From an uncultured Holophagales bacterium (lineage in GTDB: Bacteria > Acidobacteriota > Thermoanaerobaculia > UBA5066): 64,000 nt of DNA. This document shows, piece by piece, positions 18,232 to 28,623 of the stretch. Made by a program: the position numbers and the translations under genes. The DNA lies in contig CAYLNK010000001.1 in assembly GCA_964384675.1 (NCBI GenBank), positions 5,518-69,517 of the forward strand, given 5' to 3'. Numbering within the stretch: position 1 is the stretch's first letter; each line of letters begins with the position of its first letter. The notes under the pieces are model-generated. The model made no database searches, was not told the origin of the DNA, and saw only the letters and a program-made list of their open reading frames with translations.

Positions 18232-19992
18232 GTGGCTCGCCTGGGGAATCGCCTGGCGCCCTTCGTGGTCCGCCTCCGGAAGGAGGCGCGCCGCTTCCCG
18301 GCGGTACCGCTCGTCCTGATCGGGGCGGGCTGCGGGCTCGTCGCGGTGCTCTTCCACCACGCGCTCCAGCTGGGGCGAGCTCTCCTCATCGACGCCGCGC
18401 TGGCGTCCCCGCGCCCGCTCGTGAGAGCCGCGCTGGTCCTGCTGCTCCCCACGGCGATGGCGGGGCTCCTGGCCCTGGCGGTCCGGCGGCTCTCGCCCGG
18501 CGCCGGCGGCGGCCTGGCTCTCGTCCGGCGCGCTTACGCGCAGCGCCCCGAGATCCTGAACGGCCGCACGTTCGTCGGAGCGTTCCTCGCCAACCCGCTG
18601 TCGCTCGGCGCGGGGACGCCGCTCGGTCCGGAGGGACCCACGGTCGTCCTGACCAGCACGTTCAGCTCGGGGATGGCCCGCCTCGTCGGCCTCCCCTCGC
18701 GGGCCGTCCGGGGGATGATCCCGATCGGGACCGCGGCCGGCATCTCCGCGATCTTCAACACGCCGATCACCGGTGTGGTGTTCGGCCTGGAGGAGGTCGT
18801 GGGAAGCGCGTCCCGCGGGGTCCTGGGCGGCTCGCTGGTGGCCGCGGTCGCGGCGGCCGTGGTGCAGCGTCAGGTGCTGGGCGGGGAGCGCCTTCTCCCC
18901 GCTTCGGCGGCCACGTGGAAGGACCCCCGGGAGCTCGTCGGCTTCGCTCTCGTCGGTCTCGTGGCCGGCGGTGTGGCCGGCTTCGTGCCGCGTCTCGTGC
19001 CGTGGCTCCGGTCCGTCCTCGAGACGTCGCTGGCCCGCCTCGGGCGTTCCGCGGTGGTGGTGCGCGGCTGCGTCGCCGGGCTCGGCGTCGGTCTGCTGGG
19101 GCTCGTCTCTCCCGAGACGCTCGGCACCGGCTACCGGCCGATCTCGGCCTGGCTGACCGGAGGCGGGACCGCCGGTCTTGCGGTCGTCGCCTTCCTCGCC
19201 AAGTCGGCCGGCCTGGTCGTCGCGCTCGCCGGGCCTCTCGTCGGAGGTGTCTTCGCGCCGTCTCTCTTCATCGGGGCTTCACTGGGGGCCGCCACGGGAC
19301 ACGCCGCTCATCAGCTCTTCCCGGGCGCGCCGATCGATCCGGCGGCGTACGCCCTGGTGGGGATGGGCGCCTTCTTCGCGGGCTTCCTGAGGACGCCTCT
19401 GGCCGCGGTCCTCATCGTCTTCGAGCTGACCGGCGACTACGCCCTCGTCCTGCCCCTGATGCTCGCCGTGGCGATCTCGAGCGTCGTGGCGCGGCGAATC
19501 TCGCGACGCACGCTCGTGGAGCAGCAGCTCGAGGACGAGGGGGTCCACGCGGCGCCTGCCGGAGGCGACCCGTTGTCGTCCGTCCTCGTCTCCGAGGTGA
19601 TGTCCCGCGCGCCGGTGACGGTAAGGCGCGACCAGACGCTCCTCGAGGCGGCCCGGAGCGTCGCGGGAACCAACCACCCGGTCTACCCCGTCGTGGACGA
19701 CGGAGGCTGGTGCCTGGGCCTGCTCGAGGGAAGGGACCTCGACGCCGCGGCCCGGGAGGGGCGCCTGGAGAGCCTCGTCGTCGGGGACGTGATGCGCGGG
19801 GTCCCGGTCTTCGCGACGCCGGAGGAGCCGGTGGACCGGATCTCCCTCCGGCTCGGCACGCACCACGTCACCCGCTGTCCTGTGGTCGCGTCCCACGAAG
19901 AGCCTCGGCTCGTCGGCTTCCTCGGCCCGTCCGATCTCCTGCAGGCGAGGGTGAAGGGCACGTCGGAGATCGGCGACTCGACCCTCTCGTGA
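18232..19992 (+). CDS. ClC-family chloride channel / Cl-(F-)/H+ antiporter with a C-terminal CBS-domain pair.
   Basis: Motifs GPEGP and GGVFAP. There are multiple TM helices. The C-terminal tandem CBS domains include VSEVMSRAPVTVRRDQTL and VGDVMRGVPVFATPEE. GTG start at 18232. Confidence 0.85.
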   Translation: MARLGNRLAPFVVRLRKEARRFPAVPLVLIGAGCGLVAVLFHHALQLGRALLIDAALASPRPLVRAALVLLLPTAMAGLLALAVRRLSPGAGGGLALVRRAYAQRPEILNGRTFVGAFLANPLSLGAGTPLGPEGPTVVLTSTFSSGMARLVGLPSRAVRGMIPIGTAAGISAIFNTPITGVVFGLEEVVGSASRGVLGGSLVAAVAAAVVQRQVLGGERLLPASAATWKDPRELVGFALVGLVAGGVAGFVPRLVPWLRSVLETSLARLGRSAVVVRGCVAGLGVGLLGLVSPETLGTGYRPISAWLTGGGTAGLAVVAFLAKSAGLVVALAGPLVGGVFAPSLFIGASLGAATGHAAHQLFPGAPIDPAAYALVGMGAFFAGFLRTPLAAVLIVFELTGDYALVLPLMLAVAISSVVARRISRRTLVEQQLEDEGVHAAPAGGDPLSSVLVSEVMSRAPVTVRRDQTLLEAARSVAGTNHPVYPVVDDGGWCLGLLEGRDLDAAAREGRLESLVVGDVMRGVPVFATPEEPVDRISLRLGTHHVTRCPVVASHEEPRLVGFLGPSDLLQARVKGTSEIGDSTLS

Positions 19993-20091
19993 CGAGGCCG
20001 TGAGACTCGTGGGCCGTGGTGTAGCATCTGATGAACAACCGTTTGGGCACGAACGATCGCGGCGGAGCCGCAACTCGGGAGGAGCCGTCCC

Positions 20092-23000
20092 ATGGACCTG
20101 ACGACTCGAGGCAGACGTGTCGCATCCCTGGCGAGAGGCCCCGCGCGAATCCTCCTCCTCGCCGGCGTGGTCCTCGCCGGCTCCCGGGCACACGCCCAGA
20201 CCGTGACGTCGTTCACGGCGAACCCGCTGGCGGTCCCGCCGCGAGGGATCACCCAGCTCTCGTGGACCTCGACGGGCGCCACCCATTGCCTCCTCAACTG
20301 GGCGGCCGCGACGGCCTCGGGGACCTTCGGGAACGGGCCCGCCAACGGAGGGTTCACGGCGACGATGCCCGACGTGGCGATCACGTTCACGCTGATCCCG
20401 TACGCGGGGGCCGTCGCCGGTACCCCCAAGAGCGTCACGGTGGACGTGACGGTCGTGACGTCGATCACCGCGACACCTCCGACGGTGACCCCCGGCGGGT
20501 CGACGGTCATCGCCTGGACCACCACGGGGGCCACCTACTGCGAGATCCAGTACACCTCGGCGTCCGGCGGCGGGGGCGCGGGTAACCAGCCCGCCAACGG
20601 ATCGCGATCCTACAACCCCATCGAGACGACGACCTACAAGGTCACTCCGTACTTCGGGGGTGTCGGGGGTGTCGGAGGCGTCGCCGGCACTCCGGCCAGC
20701 GTCACCGTCACCGTGATGGAGGAGACCCTGGCGGTGGTGACGTCGATCACCGCGACGCCTCCGACGGTCAGCCCCGGCGGCGCGACGGTGATCGCCTGGA
20801 CCACGTCGGGCGCCACTTCCTGCACGATCAGCTACACCTCGGCGAGCGGCGGCGGGGGCCAGGGTCCCCTGCCTGCCAACGGGTCTCTCCCTTACAACCC
20901 CGTCGAGACGACGACCTACACGGTCACCCCGTACGCGGGCGTCACCGTCGGAGTCCCGATGAGCGTGACGGTCACGGTGACCCAGGCCGCGACGCCCGTG
21001 ATGACGTCGTTCACGGCGACGCCGTCGACGATCGTCCCCGGGGGTTCGTCCGTCCTCTCGTGGACGTCCACCGGCGCGGCGGACGTCCTCCTCGAGCCGG
21101 GTATCGGGCCCAGCCCCGCGAACGGCTCGGTCACGGTGACGCCATCGGCCACCACCACGTACAAGGCCACGGCCTACACGGCAATGGGGGTCGGCTCCAC
21201 ACCCCTCACCACCACGGTGACCGTGGGTCCCGCCAGCATGAAGGTGCCGGTCGTCACGAACGTCCGCGCGTCCCAGCTCCCGGACGGAACCGGGGACGTG
21301 CGGATCGACTACGACCTCGAGGTCCCCGCGGGGGCGACCACGGCCGCCACCAGCCTCCTCATCTCCCCGGATGGGGGCCAGACGTTCCCGATCGTCCCCG
21401 TCGCCGGCGCGCTGGTGGGAGACGCCGGAGCCGCGATCGCGGCGGGGGCCCGTGTGATCGGCTGGAAGGCGAGCCAGACGCTCCCGAAGGTCGACGCCTT
21501 CTACGTCGCCGCCGTCGAGGCCCGGATCGACGGCACCGCTCGCGCGGTCTCGGCGCCGTTCCGCATCAATCTCCAGAACTCGAAGCTGCCGACCGCCGCG
21601 TTCAGCTTCAGCCCGGCCAGCCCGAAGGCGGGAGAGTCGGTGACGTTCAAGGACGAGTCGCGTCTCTGTCCGACCAGCGCCGCGTGCGGCGCCTCGATCG
21701 CCTGGGACTTCGGGGACGACGGGACGGTCGACTCGCGCAGCGCCACCGTCGCCAAGACGTTCGCGGCCGGGGCATCGGTGAGGGTGAAGCTGACGGCGAC
21801 GAACTCCTACGGGTCGGACTCCACCGTCCGGACGGTGACGGTCGCCCCGCCCGCGGCGACGCCGGTCGTGACGCGTGTGCGCCGGACGCCCGCGGGCGTC
21901 TACCTCGACTCGAACGCGTTCGACGTGGAGCTCGCGGCCGACGTCACCTGGAACGGCGCTCCCGGGACGGTCGAGTTCCGGCTCCCGGGGAAGCCGGCGG
22001 TCAGCAAGACCGGGACGGCGACGGGCGCGAGCCACAAGTTCCGCTCGCCGACCGACTTCAAGACGGGCTTCACGGCGACCGAGGTCACCATCACGGCGGT
22101 CAACGCCGCCGGGGCGCGGAGCGCGCCGTTCACGGAGTCGGTGTGGGTCTTCCCGTGGCCCTCGTGGCTGAACGGCCTGGGCGGCGTCTCGGTCACCCAG
22201 AACGGGCAGGGGACGACCTTCTCTCGCACGTTCCAGATTCCCTCGTCCCCCCTCTTCGGGACCATCACCATCCCGAGCGCCGTCCCGTTGCTCGACGGCG
22301 AGAGCGGGCTCACCGAGACGTACTGCCGCGGCACCGTCTCGGCGTCGACGTACGGGACAGCCAGCGGCTACGCCCGATGTGATACGGGGTTCGCCGTCGC
22401 CGGCAAGGAGGTGGACGGCAACTTCACCCTGGACGGCACGTTCAGCCTCGGCGCGCCCAAGGGGTTCAAGCTCGATCGGCTGGAGATCACCGGGTCGCTG
22501 AGCGGCACGGTGAAGAAGGAGAAGAAGCTCGGCGAGGTCTTCCCGAAGCTGAAGAAGCTCGAGAAGAAGAAGATCATCGGCGGCCCGATCAAGAGGCTGA
22601 ACGAGACCGTGACGCTCTCGCTCGAGGCGAGCCCGTACCTCGAGGCGAACCTGCTGCTCGTCGACCGGAACGGGACCGTCGACTGGAGCGGGACGCTCGC
22701 GGCCGGCCTCGAGCTGAAGGTGATGGGCCGGATCAAGATCATCCCCGGCGTCCAGGGCCGGGTCTGGATCTCCGGGAAGGGGGACGTCGTCCTCGGCTTC
22801 CAGGCGCCGGTCCTCCGGAGCTACGTCCTCAACGCCGAGCTCGGGGCCGCCCTCGAGATCAACTTCTTCATCTACAAGGACGAGTTCTCCGCCAAGGTCG
22901 ACGTGACCTGCTCCGGTTCGGCCACGAAGGCGTTCGGCTGCAAGCTCGACGCGTCCACACGGCCGGGGGAGGACCTCCTCGCGGCCGGCGACACCGACGG

Positions 23001-26000
23001 CTTCCGCGTGATCCCGCGGACGTACGAGCTCTTCGGGCCGGCGGTGCGGGTCGTCGACCGTCCGCGGCTTCGCACCATGGCCGGGACGCTCACGGGGACC
23101 TCCGGGACCTCGCTCGTGGAGAACGTCTTCGCGGGGGCCGCGCCCCAGCTCGTCCCGCTCGGAGACGGGACGTCGCTCCTCCTCTTCGTGGAGGAGAACC
23201 TCTCGCTGCCGCGCCAGCAGGCGCCCGACGTCGCCTGGTCGATCCTGACCAACGGGTCGCCCTCGGCGCCCCAGAAGATCGCCGCCGACACCCGGCTGGA
23301 GAGCGAGCCGGTCGTGGCGCGCGACGCGGCCGGGAAGGTGGTGGCGGCCTGGACCCGCATCAAGGGCTCGAACGCGGCGGCGCCGGTCACCGACGAGGAC
23401 CTCGCCGCCTTCAACAAGAGCCGCGAGGTCGTCACGTCGGTCTATGACGTCGCGGCGCGCCGCTGGAGCGAGCCTGTCGCCCTCACCGACGACGACGCCT
23501 TCGACACGGGCCTGGTGATGGGCTCCGACGGGCAGGGTCGCGTGGTGCTGAGCTGGCTCTCGATCCCGGACGGCAGCTTCGAGTCGTCGGCCGACTCGCC
23601 GGCCCGCGTGAGGTCGGCGACCTGGAACGGGCAGAGCTGGTCCGCGGTCGCCGATGCCGCCACCGGCCTCGTCGGGGCGCGAAGCCTCGCGGGAGGCTTC
23701 GGGAACGGCAAGGGGGCGCTGGCCGTAGTGCGTGCCGTCTCCGACACGTCCGACTCGATCGACGTCGTCCGATTCACCGCCGGCACCTGGAGCGCGCCGC
23801 AGGGCCTCCCCGGCGCGGGACAGGTGAATCGTTCGCCGGCCGTCGCGTTCGACGCCACGGGCCGGCTCCACGTGGTCTGGAACCGCGACGGGGACCTCGT
23901 GCACTCGATCGATCTCGGCTCGCCGGCCGTGGTGCGGCAGGGCAGCGACTCGATCTCCCTGCTGGGGCCCGTCCTCGCACCCACGCCCGACGGCGGGCTC
24001 GTGCTCGTCTGGACCGAGGCGGGCAAGGACCGGCCCGCGCAGCTGGCCGGCCTCGTCTTCGACCCGAAGACCGGCTCCTGGAGCCGTGACCTGGGCCTCT
24101 CGGCCGACCCGGGCTCCATGGCCTCGGCCGTCGCGTTGTCGGTGGAGCCGCAGGGGACCGTCAAGATCTCGTACCTCTCGACCCAGGCCGTTTCCCGTGA
24201 CGTGACCCTGGAGGACGGGACCGTGATCGCCATTCCCGAGGAGGGGCGTCACGACATCACCGTCCTCGAGGTCCCGATCGTCACCGACCTGGCCGTCACC
24301 GAGGGATCGGCGAAGACCGAGCCCGTCCGCCCCGCGCCCGGCGAAGCCGTGGTGCTGACGGCCGAGGTCCGCAACTCCGGCAGTCTCCCCGTGGCGACTC
24401 CGGTCAAGGTCCGGGTGCTGGTCGGCGCGAACGAGGCGACCGCCTCGACCGTCGGCGAGACCGTCCTGCAGGCGCCGCTGCCCGGAGGCGAGCGTCGCTC
24501 GGTGTCCGTTCCCTACACGTTCCCGGCCTCGGGCGGCGCGACCTTCGTCGTCGTCGACCCTGAGAACGAGGTGCCCGAGTTCACGAAGGCGAACAACAGG
24601 GCCACCGTCTACACCGACAACCGGCCTCCCGTCGCCGTCGCCTCGGCCGACAGGACCGTCGGTGCCGTTCCGCTCGGTGTCGGCTTCTCCGCGAGTGAGA
24701 GCGCCGACCCCGACGGGGACTCCCTGAGCTACGTTTGGGACTTCGGCGACGGCTCGGCGCCCGCGAGCGGCGCCAGCGTCTCGCATTCCTTCACGCGGGG
24801 CGGTGTCCGGGCGGTCTCGCTCACCGTCACCGACAGCCGGGGCGCCTCCTCGACCGCGGTCGTGACGATCACGGCGGGCGAGAGCATCCCCGCCATCGAC
24901 ACGGTCAGTCCCGCCTCGGGCCCCACGGCCGGCGGGACGACGATCACCATCAGCGGCTCCCGCTTCGGCGCCGGCGCGCGCGTGCTCATCGGGGGCGCCC
25001 CGGCCCGATCGGTCAAGGTCGTCGACGCCACGACGATCGTGGCCGAGACGCCGTCGAGCGAGGCCGCGATCGTCGACGTGACCGTCGTGAGCGGGGACGG
25101 CGCGGCGTCCACGGCCCCGGGCGTCTTCCAGTACGTCCCCGGCACCGCCACTACCGAGCAGCTGGTCCCGATCGTCCTCGACGTCGACACGGGCCGGGAC
25201 CACTTCCGCTCCCAGGCGACCCTCACCAACCGCGGCACGACGCCCGTGACCGCCCGGCTCACCTACACGCCCACCTTCAGCGATCAGAAGGGCGGAGGGT
25301 CGATCGACGTGACGCTGGGCGCGGGCCAGCAGCGCGTCCTCGACGACGTCCTCGGATACCTCAGAGCCCAGGGCCTCCCCATCCCGCAGGCCAGCCAGGC
25401 TGCCCCTCAGGGGGGCACGCTGGCCCTTCGCTTCTCCGGGGCGTCCTCCGTGGACGCCGTGGCGATGACGACCCGCACCGGAGCCGAGACCGCTGCACCG
25501 CAGCCGGTCGGACGGGCCGGCCTGGCCTACGCCGGCGTCCCGTCGTCCCGGGGCGTCACGACGGAGGCCACGCTCTTCGGCCTGCGGCACGACGAGAAGG
25601 ACCGCAGCAACGTCGCCATCGCCAACACCACCGGCGACCCGCTGCGGGTCCGCGTCATCGCCGCGTCCGGCTCCGGCGACGGGAAGAAGGTCGTCGTCCG
25701 CGACGCGCTCGACCTTCCACCCTTCGGCTGGGCCCAGCTCTCCAGCGTCCTCGCGACGGCCGGCATCACCCAGGGCTGGGTCACGGTCGAGCGAACGGGA
25801 ACGACCGGCGCCTTCGCCGTCTACGGGGTCGTCAACGACAACGGGACCGGCGACGGGTCGTACGTCTTGCCGACCGTCCGGGGCGTGTCGGGGTCCTCGA
25901 TCACGGTCCCGGCCCTCGTCGAGACGGGCGCGTTCGAAAGCGAGCTCGTGCTGGCCAACCGCGGCACACGGCCGGCGCTCCTGACGCTTCGCTACCTCGA

Positions 26001-26706
26001 GTCCCTCTCCCCGAACGAGGGGGCCGGCGGCACGGCGAGCCTCACGCTCCAGCCGGGGACCCAGCTGATCATCCCGAGCGCCATCGACGACCTCCGGAAG
26101 CGCGGTCTCGCCATCGGCGCCCGCGACGCGGCCGGGTACGTCGGCGCGCTGCGGGTGACCGTGAGCAGCGCCGCCCTCGAGGACGTCTTCGCCGGGGCCC
26201 GCACCGCCTCGCCCTCTCCCGCCGGCGGACAGTTCGGTCTCTTCACGCCGGGTGTCTACGAGGGGCAGGAGGCCGGCGCCGCCGCCTACCTCTACGGGCT
26301 CCGGGCCGACTCGATCAATCGCTCCAACGTCGCGGTCGTCCACGCCGGGAGCGAGGACAGCTCACCCATCACCCTCGAGATGCAGGCGTACGACGGCGAC
26401 CGCCAGGGCGCCCCCGCGGGCTCGCCCTGGACCGCGACGCTCGTTCCGGGCCAGTGGTTCCAGGCCTCGAACTTCCTTTCGATCTCCGGGGTCTCGAACG
26501 GCTGGGTCAAGATCACCCGGACCGTCGGGGCCTCGCCCTGGATCGCTTACGGGGTCGTCAACGACGGCGGCAAGCCGGGCGAGCGTACGGGCGACGGCGC
26601 GTTCGTCCCCATGGTGACCGACATCCCCACGAATCCGCCGGCGACCGTCGCGGCGAGGTCAGGGCCGCCCGAGCCTCGTTCGAAGGTCGGGGCGCAGACT
26701 CGATGA
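20092..26706 (+). CDS. Giant secreted multidomain protein (2204 aa): Ig-like tandem repeats, PKD, CARDB-like and IPT/TIG domains, plus two C-terminal copies of the uncharacterised ~235-aa domain.
   Basis: RBS GGGAGGAG lies 8 nt upstream of ATG 20092. Signal peptide ARILLLAGVVLAGSRAHAQ. Four ~90-aa repeats follow (VTSITATPPTV.PGG.TVIAWTT.GAT.C.I.YTSASGGGG...TTTY.VTPY). PKD at IAWDFGDDGTVDS and VWDFGDGSAPASG. IPT/TIG at IDTVSPASGPTAGGTTITISGSRFG. The C-terminal repeats are at nt 25156-25866 and 25885-26621. Confidence 0.85.
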   Translation: MDLTTRGRRVASLARGPARILLLAGVVLAGSRAHAQTVTSFTANPLAVPPRGITQLSWTSTGATHCLLNWAAATASGTFGNGPANGGFTATMPDVAITFTLIPYAGAVAGTPKSVTVDVTVVTSITATPPTVTPGGSTVIAWTTTGATYCEIQYTSASGGGGAGNQPANGSRSYNPIETTTYKVTPYFGGVGGVGGVAGTPASVTVTVMEETLAVVTSITATPPTVSPGGATVIAWTTSGATSCTISYTSASGGGGQGPLPANGSLPYNPVETTTYTVTPYAGVTVGVPMSVTVTVTQAATPVMTSFTATPSTIVPGGSSVLSWTSTGAADVLLEPGIGPSPANGSVTVTPSATTTYKATAYTAMGVGSTPLTTTVTVGPASMKVPVVTNVRASQLPDGTGDVRIDYDLEVPAGATTAATSLLISPDGGQTFPIVPVAGALVGDAGAAIAAGARVIGWKASQTLPKVDAFYVAAVEARIDGTARAVSAPFRINLQNSKLPTAAFSFSPASPKAGESVTFKDESRLCPTSAACGASIAWDFGDDGTVDSRSATVAKTFAAGASVRVKLTATNSYGSDSTVRTVTVAPPAATPVVTRVRRTPAGVYLDSNAFDVELAADVTWNGAPGTVEFRLPGKPAVSKTGTATGASHKFRSPTDFKTGFTATEVTITAVNAAGARSAPFTESVWVFPWPSWLNGLGGVSVTQNGQGTTFSRTFQIPSSPLFGTITIPSAVPLLDGESGLTETYCRGTVSASTYGTASGYARCDTGFAVAGKEVDGNFTLDGTFSLGAPKGFKLDRLEITGSLSGTVKKEKKLGEVFPKLKKLEKKKIIGGPIKRLNETVTLSLEASPYLEANLLLVDRNGTVDWSGTLAAGLELKVMGRIKIIPGVQGRVWISGKGDVVLGFQAPVLRSYVLNAELGAALEINFFIYKDEFSAKVDVTCSGSATKAFGCKLDASTRPGEDLLAAGDTDGFRVIPRTYELFGPAVRVVDRPRLRTMAGTLTGTSGTSLVENVFAGAAPQLVPLGDGTSLLLFVEENLSLPRQQAPDVAWSILTNGSPSAPQKIAADTRLESEPVVARDAAGKVVAAWTRIKGSNAAAPVTDEDLAAFNKSREVVTSVYDVAARRWSEPVALTDDDAFDTGLVMGSDGQGRVVLSWLSIPDGSFESSADSPARVRSATWNGQSWSAVADAATGLVGARSLAGGFGNGKGALAVVRAVSDTSDSIDVVRFTAGTWSAPQGLPGAGQVNRSPAVAFDATGRLHVVWNRDGDLVHSIDLGSPAVVRQGSDSISLLGPVLAPTPDGGLVLVWTEAGKDRPAQLAGLVFDPKTGSWSRDLGLSADPGSMASAVALSVEPQGTVKISYLSTQAVSRDVTLEDGTVIAIPEEGRHDITVLEVPIVTDLAVTEGSAKTEPVRPAPGEAVVLTAEVRNSGSLPVATPVKVRVLVGANEATASTVGETVLQAPLPGGERRSVSVPYTFPASGGATFVVVDPENEVPEFTKANNRATVYTDNRPPVAVASADRTVGAVPLGVGFSASESADPDGDSLSYVWDFGDGSAPASGASVSHSFTRGGVRAVSLTVTDSRGASSTAVVTITAGESIPAIDTVSPASGPTAGGTTITISGSRFGAGARVLIGGAPARSVKVVDATTIVAETPSSEAAIVDVTVVSGDGAASTAPGVFQYVPGTATTEQLVPIVLDVDTGRDHFRSQATLTNRGTTPVTARLTYTPTFSDQKGGGSIDVTLGAGQQRVLDDVLGYLRAQGLPIPQASQAAPQGGTLALRFSGASSVDAVAMTTRTGAETAAPQPVGRAGLAYAGVPSSRGVTTEATLFGLRHDEKDRSNVAIANTTGDPLRVRVIAASGSGDGKKVVVRDALDLPPFGWAQLSSVLATAGITQGWVTVERTGTTGAFAVYGVVNDNGTGDGSYVLPTVRGVSGSSITVPALVETGAFESELVLANRGTRPALLTLRYLESLSPNEGAGGTASLTLQPGTQLIIPSAIDDLRKRGLAIGARDAAGYVGALRVTVSSAALEDVFAGARTASPSPAGGQFGLFTPGVYEGQEAGAAAYLYGLRADSINRSNVAVVHAGSEDSSPITLEMQAYDGDRQGAPAGSPWTATLVPGQWFQASNFLSISGVSNGWVKITRTVGASPWIAYGVVNDGGKPGERTGDGAFVPMVTDIPTNPPATVAARSGPPEPRSKVGAQTR
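20197..21235 (+). repeat. Intragenic tandem repeat array of about 280 nt (4 units) encoding Ig-like ~90-aa modules in the giant gene.
   Basis: Units begin near 20197, 20452, 20735 and 21001. Units 2 and 3 are about 80% identical at nucleotide level (gtgacgtcgatcaccgcgacaccTccgacggtgacccccggc vs gtgacgtcgatcaccgcgacgccTccgacggtcagccccggc). Confidence 0.6.
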
Positions 26707-26716
26707 AGAGCCTCTC

Positions 26717-27775
26717 TCAGGAGTCGAGCCTTCGGCCCGTCGCGGCGTCGAACCAGTGGAGGCTGGCGCGCGGGATCCGGACCGAGAGCGTTCCGTTGGA
26801 GGAGCGGATGCGCGTCAGGGCCCGGAGGCGGAGCCGCCCGATCCGGATCGTCAGGAGCGTGCGGTCCCCCTGTGGCTCCTCCAGCTCCACCGTGCCCTCG
26901 AGCCCGTCGTCGAGCGGCCCCTCTCCCACCTCCACGTCCTCGGGACGGATCCCGGCGCAGAGCTCCGTCCCGTCGCGCAGCCCCGGCGGGAGCGGAAGGC
27001 GTGTCCCTTCCGAGACGAACTCCGTTCCTTCGGCCCTTCCCCTCCAGACGGTCATCCGCGGTGACCCGACGAAGGTAGCGGTGAAGAGGTCGGCCGGCCG
27101 CCGGTAGAGCTCCTCGGGCGGGGCGGCCTGGAGCACCTTTCCGTCCTTCAGCGCCAGGACCTCGTCGGCGAGGCTCATCGCCTCCGACTGGTCGTGTGTG
27201 ACGTAGAGGACGGTGGCACCGAGCCGCCGGAAGAGCGACTTCAGCTCGGCGCGCATCTCCTCGCGAAGGAGGGCATCGAGGTTCGAGAGCGGCTCGTCCA
27301 TCAGGTAGAGGCGCGGCCGCCGGATCAGTGCGCGTCCGACGGCCACCCGCTGCTGCTGCCCTCCCGACAGCTCGGCGGGGTGGCGCGAGAGAAGGCCCGT
27401 CAGGCCGAGGAGCTGCGCCGTCTCGGCGACCCTCTGCGCGATCTCCGCGCGCGGCAGGCGCCGGACCTCGAGCGCGAGCGACAGGTTGCGGGACACCGTC
27501 AGGTGCGGGTAGAGGGCGTAGCTCTGGAAGACGAAGCCGACGTCGCGTGCGCCGGCATCGACGCCGTCGAGGGGGCGGCCGTCGAGCGTCAGCGTCCCCG
27601 ACGTCGCGGTCTCCAGGCCGGCCACGACCCGCAGCAGCGTCGTCTTCCCGCACCCCGACGGGCCGAGGAGCGCGAGGACCTTCCCTTCTGCGGCTCGGAA
27701 CGAAACGCCGTCCAGGGCGCGTGTCCCGCCCGCGAACACCTTGGTCAGGCCGGTGCCGACGAGCTCGCCCGGCAC
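26717..27775 (-). CDS. Sugar ABC importer ATP-binding protein (MalK/UgpC family).
   Basis: Walker A LLGPSGCGKTT, signature LSGGQQQRVAVGRAL, Walker B LYLMDEPLSNLD, and a C-terminal MalK-type regulatory/TOBE domain. Proposed GTG start (MPGELVGTGLTKVF...) lies 2 nt after the upstream permease stop. The longer track ORF (to 28405) overlaps the permease. Confidence 0.85.
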   Translation of the reverse strand: MPGELVGTGLTKVFAGGTRALDGVSFRAAEGKVLALLGPSGCGKTTLLRVVAGLETATSGTLTLDGRPLDGVDAGARDVGFVFQSYALYPHLTVSRNLSLALEVRRLPRAEIAQRVAETAQLLGLTGLLSRHPAELSGGQQQRVAVGRALIRRPRLYLMDEPLSNLDALLREEMRAELKSLFRRLGATVLYVTHDQSEAMSLADEVLALKDGKVLQAAPPEELYRRPADLFTATFVGSPRMTVWRGRAEGTEFVSEGTRLPLPPGLRDGTELCAGIRPEDVEVGEGPLDDGLEGTVELEEPQGDRTLLTIRIGRLRLRALTRIRSSNGTLSVRIPRASLHWFDAATGRRLDS

Positions 27776-27777
27776 GC

Positions 27778-28623
27778 TCAGCCCTTCACCGCGCCGCGCG
27801 TCAGCCCGCTCGCGATGCGCCGCTCGAAGAGGAGGACGAGGAGGACGAGCGGCACGGTCGCCACGACGACCGCCGCCGAGAGCTGTCCCCAGGGGACCTC
27901 GAACGTCGAGGAGCCCGTGACGCTCGCGATCCCGGCCGTCACGGTCTTCCTCGCGTCGCGGGTCAGGAACGTCAGCGCCAGCAGGAACTCGTTCCACGAG
28001 TAGATGAAGACGAGGATCGCCGCCGTGACCGCGGACGGCGCGGCGAGCGGCAGGTGGATCCGGAAGACGCGCCGCGCGGGACCGAGCCCGTCCAGGACGG
28101 CGGCCTCGTCGACCGCGCGGGGGATCTGGCGGAAGCCGCTCTCGAGGATCCAGACCGAGAGCGGGAGGTTGAGCAGCGCGTACGGGAGGATCAGGGCGAT
28201 CGGGTTGTTCAGCCACCCGAGCGCCCGCACGGCCTCGTACGTCGGGAAGAGGAGGAGGATCGGAGGAACGAACGCGAGCGCCAGGAGCGCCACGAGCCAG
28301 CGCTCCCGCGCCCGGACCGTGGCGCGGGTGAGCGCGCCGGCCGCCAGGGCGCCCAGGGTCACCGACAGCAGCGTCGACACCGCCGCAACCACCGCGCTGT
28401 TCCATAGGTACGTCGCGAACGGCTTCCTCGTGAACAGCGCCTCGACGTGGCGGAGCGTGGGCGGGCTCGGCAGGTAGACGGTCGGCACGCGGGTGATCTG
28501 GGCGTCCGGCTTCAACGCCGTCAGGACCTGCCAGACGCCGGGCGCCAGGCTCCAGACCACGAGGAGCCCGACGGCGAGGCCGGGAAGGAGCCGGCGCACC
28601 TTCCCTTCCGCAACGGACGTCAC
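27778..28623 (-). CDS. ABC sugar importer permease (MalG/UgpE-like).
   Basis: About 281 aa with 6 TM segments. EAA loop DEAAVLDGLGPARRVFRIHLPLAAP. GTG start (MTSVAEGKVRRLLPGLAVGLLVVWSL) overlaps the upstream stop (GTGA). The remainder of track ORF 27778..32055 is artefact. Confidence 0.85.
   Translation of the reverse strand: MTSVAEGKVRRLLPGLAVGLLVVWSLAPGVWQVLTALKPDAQITRVPTVYLPSPPTLRHVEALFTRKPFATYLWNSAVVAAVSTLLSVTLGALAAGALTRATVRARERWLVALLALAFVPPILLLFPTYEAVRALGWLNNPIALILPYALLNLPLSVWILESGFRQIPRAVDEAAVLDGLGPARRVFRIHLPLAAPSAVTAAILVFIYSWNEFLLALTFLTRDARKTVTAGIASVTGSSTFEVPWGQLSAAVVVATVPLVLLVLLFERRIASGLTRGAVKG

Noticed and set aside
20640-20700. GGVGGVGGVAG micro-repeat region, considered as a possible CRISPR/short tandem repeat.
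   Set aside because: It is a 9-nt coding repeat inside an Ig-like module with no spacer/repeat architecture. No CRISPR-like arrays were found anywhere in the window.
19279-26343. 2354-aa ORF on the minus strand antisense to the giant gene. Similar long antisense or off-frame ORFs: 1167..2678, 3253..4686, 6491..9124, 8331..9266, 8974..10239, 46087..47883, 53858..56101, 57645..60092.
   Set aside because: In ~70% GC DNA stop codons are rare in non-coding frames. These ORFs have Arg/Gly/Pro/Ala-dominated low-complexity translations with no recognisable family, and they are fully overlapped by confidently identified genes on the other strand.
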